In this document: piece by piece, positions 1 to 7,991 of the stretch
Position numbering within the stretch: position 1 is the stretch's first letter
Layout: each line of letters opens with the position of its first letter
DNA from: an uncultured Rubrivirga sp.
Lineage (GTDB): Bacteria; Actinomycetota; Actinomycetes; S36-B12
Direction: 5' to 3'
Assembly (NCBI GenBank): GCA_964413305.1
Contig: CAYPSE010000004.1
Coordinates: 1 to 37,686 of the forward strand
DNA: 37,686 bases
Position numbers and translations under genes: made by a program
Notes under the pieces: generated by a model
Databases searched by the model: none
Told to the model about the DNA's origin: nothing
Seen by the model: the letters and a program-made list of their open reading frames with translations, nothing else

Positions 1-30
1 GGAGCCGAAGATGCTTCCGAGTTGCTTCAT
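1..30 (-). CDS. 5' end (10 codons) of an unidentified gene running out of the window
   Basis: The reverse complement reads AGGGAG-N9-ATG AAG CAA CTC GGA AGC ATC TTC GGC TCC (MKQLGSIFGS...). It stays open to the window edge and is too short to identify. Confidence 0.2.
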   Translation of the reverse strand, partial: MKQLGSIFGS

Positions 31-205
31 GGAGGGTCACTCCCTTTTCTGTGTTGGTGGCTCGGGGGTCTCCCGGGCACGTAACGATTATGTCGCACAT
101 TTGTTGCATTGCCAAACAAAAAGGCCCGATTGTGCGCGGATTCACATACTCGGATCGCGTTCCGCTGGGCAGATGTCCGGACGAACCGCCTGAAGGACTG
201 GACAT

Positions 206-221
206 ATACCCCCGGGGGTAT
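206..221. promoter_or_regulatory. Perfect 16-bp palindrome ATACCCCCGGGGGTAT, candidate CsoR/CstR-family operator
   Basis: A perfect dyad read directly from the sequence. It is an AT-flanked C5/G5 tract in the 379-bp divergent intergenic region upstream of the MBL-rhodanese gene. Confidence 0.45.
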
Positions 222-409
222 TAGTCTTGAGTGGTGCGGTCCCGCGGGGCCCGTGCATCGACGTACTGATAGCTCGACACGACCACACTGCGAGAGGGAG
301 CAGAGCCCACGATGGTCAGAACGCATTCGGTAGAGGCTCTGGCAGCCTGGTGCGCAGCGGGCACGTCGCAGGAATCTAGAGTCCGCAAATCAGGAGTAGG
401 AGCAAAGTC

Positions 410-1903
410 ATGACCGCAACAAGCGCCCCCCACGTGATCGTCATCGACACCCCGGGACTAGGTGACCGGGGCTACATCGCCCACGATGGTGTGAACGCCA
501 TCGTCATCGACCCTCAACGCGATACCGACCGCGTCGAGAAGCTCATCGCCGAGCACGGGCTCACCGTGACTCACGTGGGTGAGACCCACATCCACAACGA
601 CTACGTCAACGGCGGCTACCAGTTCGCGAAGAAGCACGGCGCTACCTACGTGGTTCCTGCTGACGTGGAATTGTCATATCTGGGCGAAGCGAACGTCGTG
701 GCAATGGGCGAGGGTGACGGGTTCCGAGTGGGAGACCTCGATGTGCGCATCGTGCACACTCCTGGCCACACGCCGCACCACATCTCCTTCGCGGTCAGCC
801 GTGACAACCATCCTGGCGCCGTATTCACCGGTGGTTCCCTCCTGTACGGAACCGTTGGTCGCCCCGATCTCGTCGCACCCGACCTGACGGTCAAGCAAGC
901 TCACGATCAGTGGCATTCCGCCCATCACCTGGTCGACCTCCTGCCGGCTGACACGCAGATCTACCCCACGCACGGTTTCGGATCCTTCTGCTCGTCGATC
1001 CAGACTGCAGGCGTGCAGACGTCGTTGGGCCAGGAGAAGGCGATCAACCCCGCTCTCACCCAGGCCGAAGAGGACTTCGTCGAGATGCTGATCGCCGGGC
1101 TCGATGTCTTCCCGGCCTACTACGCCCATATGGGTCCGGCCAATGCGGCCGGACCGGCGGAAATCGACCTCTCGTTCCCAGCACCGGTCGACCCTGCGGA
1201 ACTTCGGCGCCGCGTCGAGGCGGGGGAGTGGGTCGTAGATCTGCGCTCCCGCGAGGTCTTCGCCGGCGGTCACGTGCCAGGTGCGGTCAATTTCGACCTC
1301 GACGGAGCCTTCGTTAACTACCTCGGCTGGATGGTGCCGTGGGGGACTCCGATCACTCTGGTCGGTGCCACCACCCAACAGGTGGAAGCGGCGCAACGTG
1401 AGTTGGTCCGGATCGGCATCGATCGGCCGGCCGGACAGGCTGTCGGAGGTCCGGACTCGTGGATGTCCGAGGGTGAGGCGCCTGCGTTCATGCGCCGAGT
1501 GGACTTCGAGGAGATGGCCAAGGAGTGGAAGGCCAACCCGAATTCGGTGGTCGTCGATACCCGCCAGATCCTGGAATGGGAGGCGGGCCACGTGAAGGGT
1601 GCGACCTTCATTCCCTTCTACGAGGTACTCGATCGCATGGGAGAACTTCCCCGAGATGAGGACGTCTACGTTTACTGCGGATCGGGATACCGGGCCGCGG
1701 CTGTTGCGTCGGTGCTGCAAAACGCCGGATTCGACAACATCGTCCACGTCGACGACGACTTCCCGAACGCGGCTCAATGCGGACTCGAGATCGTCGCCGA
1801 GGAAGCACCAGCGCGGGAGCCCGGTTGGACATGGCTTGCCTCGCGGGCTGCGGTCCGTGAGTACCAGCCAGGTGGCGTCAAGCAGGGCGTGTCAACCCAC
1901 TAG
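410..1903 (+). CDS. MBL-fold hydrolase / persulfide-dioxygenase-like domain fused to tandem rhodanese domains (CstB-like)
   Basis: 497-aa ORF with GGAG 7 nt upstream of the ATG. The N-terminal half carries the metal motifs THIHNDY and HTPGHTPHH. There are two C-terminal rhodanese modules, and only the second has an active-site loop with Cys (YVYCGSGYRAA). Confidence 0.85.
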   Translation: MTATSAPHVIVIDTPGLGDRGYIAHDGVNAIVIDPQRDTDRVEKLIAEHGLTVTHVGETHIHNDYVNGGYQFAKKHGATYVVPADVELSYLGEANVVAMGEGDGFRVGDLDVRIVHTPGHTPHHISFAVSRDNHPGAVFTGGSLLYGTVGRPDLVAPDLTVKQAHDQWHSAHHLVDLLPADTQIYPTHGFGSFCSSIQTAGVQTSLGQEKAINPALTQAEEDFVEMLIAGLDVFPAYYAHMGPANAAGPAEIDLSFPAPVDPAELRRRVEAGEWVVDLRSREVFAGGHVPGAVNFDLDGAFVNYLGWMVPWGTPITLVGATTQQVEAAQRELVRIGIDRPAGQAVGGPDSWMSEGEAPAFMRRVDFEEMAKEWKANPNSVVVDTRQILEWEAGHVKGATFIPFYEVLDRMGELPRDEDVYVYCGSGYRAAAVASVLQNAGFDNIVHVDDDFPNAAQCGLEIVAEEAPAREPGWTWLASRAAVREYQPGGVKQGVSTH

Positions 1904-1948
1904 GGGTTCTGTTTCGGCATTGCGTTCAGCACACAACTGAATTCACAA

Positions 1949-2001
1949 CCGACAACCCCCGCTTCGGTGGCTATGCCACGATACGAGGCGGGGGTTGTCG
2001 G
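1949..2001 (+). terminator. GC-rich nested stem-loop after the MBL-rhodanese gene (candidate U-tract-less terminator)
   Basis: CCGACAACCCCCGC (1949-1962) pairs perfectly with GCGGGGGTTGTCGG (1988-2001). The loop contains an inner stem GTGGC-TAT-GCCAC (1967-1979). The structure lies ~45 nt after the stop at 1903 and has no trailing U-tract. Confidence 0.4.
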
Positions 2002-2033
2002 CTATTGGCCCGAGTTGCGAGAGGGAGGCAGCG

Positions 2034-4370
2034 TTGTCCATCGGTCCTGGGTTGATCGATCCTGGTTCAACGAGGCCGTCCACCGAGATCACGAGTCGAA
2101 TCACCTACTCGCCGAAAGTCTTCATCCCACTCACGCAATTGTGCAGGGATCGCTGCGGCTACTGCACCTTCGCCCAAGCTCCGCACCACCTGCCGGCTCC
2201 CTACCTTCCTTTGGACGAGGTGGAGCGGATCGCTACCCAAGGGGCCCTCGCCGGATGTCATGAGGCACTCTTCACGCTGGGGGAGTTCCCCGAAGATAGA
2301 TATCCGCAGGCGCGCGCATGGCTCGATGAGAACGGCTACGAAACCACGATCGACTACCTCGTCGCTGCCTGCCGTCGGGTTCTCGAGACCACGGGATTGC
2401 TGCCACACGCCAACGCCGGCGCTCTGGGGCGTGAAGACCTCGCACGCCTTCGAACCGTTGCCCCGAGTCAGGGAATGATGATCGAGTCATTGAATCCCGA
2501 TCTCCCGGCGCACCGGGGTGCCCCGGACAAGGATCCGGCTCGTCGCCTCGCCACGCTCGACTTCGCGGGCGAGTTGGCCATTCCGTTCACCACAGGCATC
2601 CTGGTCGGCTTCGGGGAGGCGAGGCGTGACCGCGTGGTCGCGTTGGAAGCGATAGCCGCCAGCCACGCGATGTACGGGCATGTCCAGGAGGTGATCGTTC
2701 AGAACTTCGTACCCAAGGCGGGCACCGGCATGCGGGATAACCCCGCGTGCTCGATCGATGACCTCGTCGATGCCATCGCACTAGCGCGCGAGATCTTGCC
2801 GTCGACCGTCCATGTCCAGGCGCCTCCCAATCTGGTCGACGACATCAACGCGATCCTCGAAGCCGGCATTGACGACTTCGGCGGTATCTCGCCGGTCACC
2901 GTCGACCACGTCAATCCCGAGAAGCCGTGGCCGGCGCTGGAATCGCTCCGATCCGTTGCTGAGGCCAGCGGCCGGGAACTGGCTCCTCGTCTCACGGTCT
3001 ACCCGGAATTCGTGCTCCGCGCCCATGACTGGATCGACGAAGGCTTGCACTTCGCGGTCCTGGACCGAAGCGATGCCGAAGGTCTGGCGCGCGATGATCC
3101 CGGTGCCGTTTTCCCGGAGAAGTATCAGGACGCTGCGAATGTCGGAACTGGTGCCGAGGTAGTGCAGATCGGACGGCGCTCCACGGCTTGGTACGCGGGT
3201 GCGGATCGGGTGCCCGCTGCAATCATCCCGCGCTCGACCGATATCTCCGGTGCCGTGGGCGAGGTGCTCGCCGGTGTTCGTGCCGGTCAACGGGTCGACG
3301 CTCCGGAACTCGCCACCTTGTTCGCGGCGCGCGGTCGGGAAGTGGCAGCCATCGCCGCCGTGGCGGACGACATCCGCGAACAAGTCAACGGCCATGCCGT
3401 GACGTATGTGCGGAACCGGAACATCAACTACACCAATGTCTGCACGTACAAGTGCACCTTCTGCGGCTTCTCGAAGGGCCCATTGTCCTTGAACCTCCGA
3501 GGAAAGCCCTATCTTCTGGACGACGAGGAGATCGCCGCGCGGGTCGTGGAAGCCGCATCCCGTGGAGCCACCGAAGTGTGCTTGCAGGGCGGCATCCATC
3601 CGGATTTCGACGGCAACTACTACGTCCGTGTGACCGAGGTAGTCAAGAAGGCCGTTCCCGCGATGCATGTCCACGGCTTCACAGCGCTGGAAGTCCTCGA
3701 AGGCTCCCGCCGGCTTGGTGAGCCGTTGGAGTCCTACCTGCAGCGGATGAAGGATGCGGGATTGGCGTCGTTGCCTGGCACGGCCGCAGAGATCCTGCAC
3801 GACGACATTCGCGCCGTCTTGTGCCCGGACAAGGTAACGACCGAAGAGTGGTTGATGGTGCATGAAACGGCGCACCGATTGGGGCTGCGATCCAACGTTA
3901 CGATCATGTTCGGCAGTGTCGAGCAACCCGAGCACTGGATCTCCCACATCCTCGCGACCCGTGATTTGCAGGTACGTACCGGAGGTTTCACCGAGTTCAT
4001 TCCTCTACCGTTCGTACACATGGCTTCCCCGGTCTACTTGAAGCGGAAAGCGCGACGTGGCCCGACATGGCGGGAGGTCGTCTTGATGCATGCGATTGGC
4101 CGCATCGCCTATCGAGGCCTCATCGACAACGTACAAGCCTCGTGGGTGAAGCTCGGTATTCCGGGAGTGAAACAACTCCTGCAAGGCGGAGTCAACGACG
4201 TCGGTGGAACGCTCATGGACGAGAACATCTCCCGCGCCGCAGGAGCCGCCCATGGTCAGGGCATGGACCCCGGAGAGCTCGCCCGCGAACTGGAACCCAT
4301 CGATCGCGTTCTCAAGCAGCGGACCACTATGTATCAACCACTCATCGATATGGATGGAGTAGCAGGGTGA
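2034..4370 (+). CDS. fbiC: Bifunctional FO synthase (7,8-didemethyl-8-hydroxy-5-deazariboflavin synthase, CofG+CofH fusion)
   Basis: One polypeptide carries two radical-SAM CxxxCxxC motifs, CRDRCGYC in the N-terminal half and CTYKCTFC in the C-terminal half. The ORF track starts at TTG 1995, inside the hairpin. TTG 2034 is preceded by GGGAGG (2023-2028) at 5-nt spacing, so I use it, but the start is uncertain. Confidence 0.92.
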   Translation: MSIGPGLIDPGSTRPSTEITSRITYSPKVFIPLTQLCRDRCGYCTFAQAPHHLPAPYLPLDEVERIATQGALAGCHEALFTLGEFPEDRYPQARAWLDENGYETTIDYLVAACRRVLETTGLLPHANAGALGREDLARLRTVAPSQGMMIESLNPDLPAHRGAPDKDPARRLATLDFAGELAIPFTTGILVGFGEARRDRVVALEAIAASHAMYGHVQEVIVQNFVPKAGTGMRDNPACSIDDLVDAIALAREILPSTVHVQAPPNLVDDINAILEAGIDDFGGISPVTVDHVNPEKPWPALESLRSVAEASGRELAPRLTVYPEFVLRAHDWIDEGLHFAVLDRSDAEGLARDDPGAVFPEKYQDAANVGTGAEVVQIGRRSTAWYAGADRVPAAIIPRSTDISGAVGEVLAGVRAGQRVDAPELATLFAARGREVAAIAAVADDIREQVNGHAVTYVRNRNINYTNVCTYKCTFCGFSKGPLSLNLRGKPYLLDDEEIAARVVEAASRGATEVCLQGGIHPDFDGNYYVRVTEVVKKAVPAMHVHGFTALEVLEGSRRLGEPLESYLQRMKDAGLASLPGTAAEILHDDIRAVLCPDKVTTEEWLMVHETAHRLGLRSNVTIMFGSVEQPEHWISHILATRDLQVRTGGFTEFIPLPFVHMASPVYLKRKARRGPTWREVVLMHAIGRIAYRGLIDNVQASWVKLGIPGVKQLLQGGVNDVGGTLMDENISRAAGAAHGQGMDPGELARELEPIDRVLKQRTTMYQPLIDMDGVAG

Positions 4371-4924
4371 AGATCAGAGCTGTCCATTCCAGTCTCCACG
4401 AAACGCTGCGGGAAGCCGGAGCGGAGATCACCCCACCGACCATCGTCGCCGCATGCGCCGTGGTGGTTCACAACCCGCTCGCGGATCGAGGGCGGGTCGA
4501 GGATCTGACCGAACTCGAGGAACTGGGCTCGAATGCAGCGGAATTTTTGGTGGAACGGTGCCTGCAGGTGCTGGCAGCCGTGGGACTGGGTGCCGATTCG
4601 GTGCGTGGCTACGGCAAAGGTGCGATCGTGGGGGTTGCCGGGGACCGGGAACACACCGCAGCCATTCTGCATCCCCGCTTCGGGGCGCCCGTTCGATCAG
4701 CCATCGGTGGTGGGGCCGACATCATCCCAGGAACCAAGAAGGTCGCCGGTCCTGGCGCTGAGATCACCATGCCGATAGGCAATAAGGACGATCGGTGGGT
4801 CTTCGACGACATGGATTCTGTGGACGTCAGTGTTCCCGATGCCCCGCATGCCGACGAGATCGTCATCGCCCTTGCGCTGTCGTGTGGTGGCCGACCCGGG
4901 GCTCGCGTCCGCAAGCCCTCGTAG
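4367..4924 (+). CDS. PF06684 ('amino acid synthesis'/DUF1185) family protein, function unknown
   Basis: GTG 4367 overlaps the fbiC stop (GTGA). The pattern VKIR...YGKGAIVGVAGDREHTAAILHPRFGAPVR...GPGAEITMP...VPDAPHADEIVIALA matches my recollection of this family. The first ~100 codons of the tracked ORF (4067-4366) overlap fbiC out of frame and are discarded. Confidence 0.75.
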   Translation: MKIRAVHSSLHETLREAGAEITPPTIVAACAVVVHNPLADRGRVEDLTELEELGSNAAEFLVERCLQVLAAVGLGADSVRGYGKGAIVGVAGDREHTAAILHPRFGAPVRSAIGGGADIIPGTKKVAGPGAEITMPIGNKDDRWVFDDMDSVDVSVPDAPHADEIVIALALSCGGRPGARVRKPS

Positions 4925-4941
4925 CTAGCGAAAGGAAACAC

Positions 4942-5244
4942 ATGTTCAAGGCGATGATCTTGTTGACGCGTCGATCCGACATGAGTCATGTGGAGTTCGC
5001 GCAGTGGTGGCTGGAAGAGCACGCTCCCATGGCCCGACAGCTTCCCGGCGTTCGAGAGATCCGCTTCAATGAAGTTGTCGAGGGAGACGGGATCGACGGC
5101 ATCACTGAGTTGTGGTTCGACGATCGCGACGCCTTCGAATCGGCCTACGCGTCGCACATTGGCAAGACCGTGGCACAGGACTCCCTTGATCACGTGGCGT
5201 CACGGGTGCGGCTATTCGTCAACGAGTCACGGATCATGGGTTAG
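4942..5244 (+). CDS. EthD domain protein (dimeric alpha/beta-barrel family)
   Basis: ATG 4942 is preceded by AAAGGAAA. The 100-aa product reads MFKAMILLTRRSDMSHVEFAQWWLEEHAPMARQLPGV..., which is typical of EthD-family N-termini. The earlier part of the tracked ORF overlaps the previous gene. Confidence 0.8.
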   Translation: MFKAMILLTRRSDMSHVEFAQWWLEEHAPMARQLPGVREIRFNEVVEGDGIDGITELWFDDRDAFESAYASHIGKTVAQDSLDHVASRVRLFVNESRIMG

Positions 5245-6611
5245 TGAGCAAGCGCCCCACCAGTTTCCTCGGTACACCTGCAACCGCACCTGGCCCGGTG
5301 GGCCCAGACATGTTGAAGGCCTTCGGGACGATTCGCAGTAATCCGCTGGAATACCTCCATCAAGTGTGGCTTGCCCACGGAGACGTGGTTCAGTTCCCGG
5401 TTCCCAGGCCCCCTAGCTACCTGGTGAACAGTCCGGAAGGCACCAGGCACGTGCTGGTCGACAACGCCCGCAACTACGGGAAGTCGACGATCCAGTACCG
5501 AGCACTGTCGCTGGTGACAGGAGACGGGTTGCTCACCTCCGATGGCGACACCTGGAAGACGCAACGCAGAAGCCTCCAGCCGGCGTTCCACCACACTGCG
5601 CTGGAAAACATCGGTTCCCACGTGCGCCAGGCAAGTGAGCGGATAGCTCGCCAATGGGCCGATCTATCTCCAGGCACGGTGATCGATATTGATTCCTTCA
5701 TGATGGGCGCCGCCTTGGAAGTGGTTGCCGCATCCTTGATGAGCACCGATCTCACCGGCAGTTCGAGCGAAATCGCCGCGGCCACCTTGGATGCGCTGGA
5801 CGTGGTGGTGGCACGGGCACGCGTGCCCATCACGCCACCGGCGTGGATCCCCACACCCGGCAATCGGGTGTTGACCAAGTCCGTTGCGCGGTTGGACGAA
5901 GCGGTGGCCGACATGGTGGCCGCGCGTGGGCAGGATGCGGGCGGGAATTCCGCTGAGGACCTGCTCGGCATGTTGCTGTCGGTCCGCGACGAAGCGGGTG
6001 CCGCACTGTCGATCACCCAGATCAGAGATCAACTGGTTACCTTCATCGTCGCTGGCCATGAAACCGTGGCCAGCGCCCTCGGCTGGGCGTGGGGCTTGAT
6101 CGCGGAGCACCCACACGTGGGGGACCGGATCGCAGCCGAGGCTGACACAGTCGCCCCGGGTCGTCCCATTGATTTCACCGACTACTCCCAACTGATCTAC
6201 ACCAGGGCGGTGATCGATGAGACGTTGCGTCTGTACCCACCAGCCTGGCTGGTGACTCGCTCTGCCCTGGGTCCCGATGAGATCGACGGCGTGCACGTTC
6301 CGGCTGGCGCTCTCATCATCATGAGCCCGTGGCTGCTGCACCGTCATCCGAGGTTGTGGGATCGACCGGAGGAGTTCGACCCGCAGCGGTTCTTGTCGGA
6401 CGTCGAGCGCTTCTCGCACATTCCCTTCGGTGCTGGGCCCCGGTTGTGCATCGGGCGTGACTTTTCCTACGTTGAATCGGTCATGATCGTCTCCGAGTTG
6501 GCGCGACGGTTCCGTGTCTCGTTCCCCCCGGGCGTTTCACTGCCCGTCGGTGAGCCGTTGGTGACCATTCGGCCACAGGGCGGAATGCCGGTGATGGTGG
6601 AGCCGCGCTAG
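5244..6611 (+). CDS. Cytochrome P450
   Basis: It has the I-helix AGHETV, the EXXR motif ETLRLYPPAW, a PERF-like DPQRF and the heme-thiolate loop FGAGPRLCIGRDF. GTG 5244 overlaps the EthD stop (TAGTG). Confidence 0.92.
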   Translation: MSKRPTSFLGTPATAPGPVGPDMLKAFGTIRSNPLEYLHQVWLAHGDVVQFPVPRPPSYLVNSPEGTRHVLVDNARNYGKSTIQYRALSLVTGDGLLTSDGDTWKTQRRSLQPAFHHTALENIGSHVRQASERIARQWADLSPGTVIDIDSFMMGAALEVVAASLMSTDLTGSSSEIAAATLDALDVVVARARVPITPPAWIPTPGNRVLTKSVARLDEAVADMVAARGQDAGGNSAEDLLGMLLSVRDEAGAALSITQIRDQLVTFIVAGHETVASALGWAWGLIAEHPHVGDRIAAEADTVAPGRPIDFTDYSQLIYTRAVIDETLRLYPPAWLVTRSALGPDEIDGVHVPAGALIIMSPWLLHRHPRLWDRPEEFDPQRFLSDVERFSHIPFGAGPRLCIGRDFSYVESVMIVSELARRFRVSFPPGVSLPVGEPLVTIRPQGGMPVMVEPR

Positions 6612-6631
6612 CCACTGTTCGAAAGCCGGAG

Positions 6632-7066
6632 CTAGCCCCCATGCGTTATGTAGTCCACGAGAGCTGCTCGTTCGGTCTCGAGTTCATCCATGCGGACCTT
6701 AACGACGTCACCGATGGAGACGAGGCCGACGAGTGCGTTGTGGTCATCGATCACCGGCACGTGTCGGATGCGACGTTCGGTCATCAAGCCCATGAGATCG
6801 GCAACCTCGAACGTGGGTGGCACGCTCACCACATCGGCGGTCATGATCGTACGGACGTGATGATCGACCGCCCCGGTGTCTTTCGCTAGCGCACGCACCA
6901 CATCACGCTCCGAGACGATCCCGGCGAGGGTGTTGGCGTTATCGATAACGAGCAGTGCTCCCACTCGATGTTCATTCAATGCTTGGACGAGTTCACCTAC
7001 GGTGGCCTCGGGTGTAATCGAGAAGACCTCAGCGCCCTTCCCGGATATGACCTGCGTAACCTGCAT
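6632..7066 (-). CDS. CBS-pair domain protein
   Basis: 144 aa from ATG 7066, with GGGAGG upstream on the minus strand. There are two CBS repeats (HRVGALLVID...GIVSERDVV and RRIRHVPVID...GLVSIGDVV). The tracked 355-aa ORF extends spuriously into hisN. Confidence 0.85.
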   Translation of the reverse strand: MQVTQVISGKGAEVFSITPEATVGELVQALNEHRVGALLVIDNANTLAGIVSERDVVRALAKDTGAVDHHVRTIMTADVVSVPPTFEVADLMGLMTERRIRHVPVIDDHNALVGLVSIGDVVKVRMDELETERAALVDYITHGG

Positions 7067-7146
7067 GATCGACCTCCCGCGTGAACCCCGTGGGTTGTGA
7101 TTCGGTGGTTCGGTATTCCCATCGTGGGGCCGGGCGGAGCCGCAGG

Positions 7147-7923
7147 CTAGAGGCGAAGGAGATCTACGACCGAATTGTGAAGAAGTCCATTCGTGCTCAG
7201 CGCCGAGAACTCGGCAGTTGGATCGTTCCACGGAAGCCGGTCGCCGGTGAAGGTCGTGATCTGACCACCCGCGGCTTCGATGATGGGCACGAGCGCTGCT
7301 ACATCGTGGATCTTCAGCGCCGGCTCGGCTGCGATGTCCACCGCGCCTTCGGCCACCATGAGGTGCGACCAGAAATCTCCGTAGCCGCGCTGGCGCCAGG
7401 TCTGTTCGAGGAGACGATCCAGGCCCGTTGCCGACCACCCGATCGCATCGGAGAACCCGAATGAGGCATCGGCGATGCTCGACACCTTGCTGACGCGAAG
7501 CGGCTGACGAGGATCGAGGTCCCCCGGTGCGGTGCAGGTGGCATCGGAATCCCGCGCTGCCCACCATCGACGTCCCAGCGCGGGTGCCGAGACCACTCCG
7601 GTGGTGATCGTGTCGCCTTGCCGAAGAGCGATCAAAGTCGCCCAGATCGGAACCCCTCGAACGAAACTCTTGGTGCCGTCGATCGGGTCGATGATCCACT
7701 GGCGGTGTCCGTCCTGGCTCCCGTATTCCTCGCCATGGATCGCATCGTCCGGCCTGTGCTGTGCCAGGAGATCCCTGATGGCGTTCTCCACTGCACGATC
7801 GGCATCGCTCACCGGAGTCATATCCGGCTTCGTCTCCACCACGAGGTCGTTCGCCTGGAATCGATCGAGCGAGATGGCATCGGCGGCATCGGCCAAGAGT
7901 TGAGCGAGCGAGAGATCGTCCAC
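7147..7923 (-). CDS. hisN: Histidinol-phosphatase, inositol monophosphatase family
   Basis: It carries the IMPase motifs ETKPDMTPVSDADRAVE and WIIDPIDGTKSFVRGVPIWATLIAL. As I recall it is collinear with actinobacterial HisN. Confidence 0.88.
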   Translation of the reverse strand: MDDLSLAQLLADAADAISLDRFQANDLVVETKPDMTPVSDADRAVENAIRDLLAQHRPDDAIHGEEYGSQDGHRQWIIDPIDGTKSFVRGVPIWATLIALRQGDTITTGVVSAPALGRRWWAARDSDATCTAPGDLDPRQPLRVSKVSSIADASFGFSDAIGWSATGLDRLLEQTWRQRGYGDFWSHLMVAEGAVDIAAEPALKIHDVAALVPIIEAAGGQITTFTGDRLPWNDPTAEFSALSTNGLLHNSVVDLLRL

Positions 7924-7991
7924 GGCAGGGAATCTAGGGCACGCGTTGTGGATGACTGCAGCGAAGGGACGATTCGCCTAGGCTTCGCGAC

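Noticed and set aside
227-379. A 50-codon TTG-initiated ORF just downstream of the CsoR-type palindrome, containing CIDVL, which is reminiscent of the CsoR/CstR helix-2 motif (YCIDVL).
   Set aside because: It is too short. It lacks the N-terminal RLxRIxGQ helix and the C-terminal HxxxC ligands, has no SD, and has an Arg/Gly/His-rich composition typical of out-of-frame GC-rich DNA. The resemblance is probably coincidental, though a decayed regulator remnant cannot be fully excluded.
674-1777. A 367-aa ORF antisense to the MBL-rhodanese gene.
   Set aside because: It is a long stop-free antisense frame, as expected in high-GC DNA. It has an Arg/Gly/Val-rich low-complexity composition and no recognisable motif, and the sense gene is strongly supported.
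2781-3947. A 388-aa ORF antisense to fbiC.
   Set aside because: Same reasoning: it is a GC-driven shadow ORF inside a gene with two clear radical-SAM motifs.
4067-4366. A 100-codon N-terminal extension of the PF06684 ORF overlapping the fbiC 3' end.
   Set aside because: It is out of frame with a well-supported gene and is Arg/Ser/Pro-rich. Family homology begins at the GTG 4367, which overlaps the fbiC stop.
7067-7699. An N-terminal 211-aa extension that turns the CBS gene into a 355-aa ORF overlapping hisN.
   Set aside because: The extension is Arg/Ser/Gly/His-rich low-complexity sequence and overlaps hisN in another frame. A clean ATG with GGGAGG sits at 7066, and CBS-pair proteins of ~145 aa are standard.
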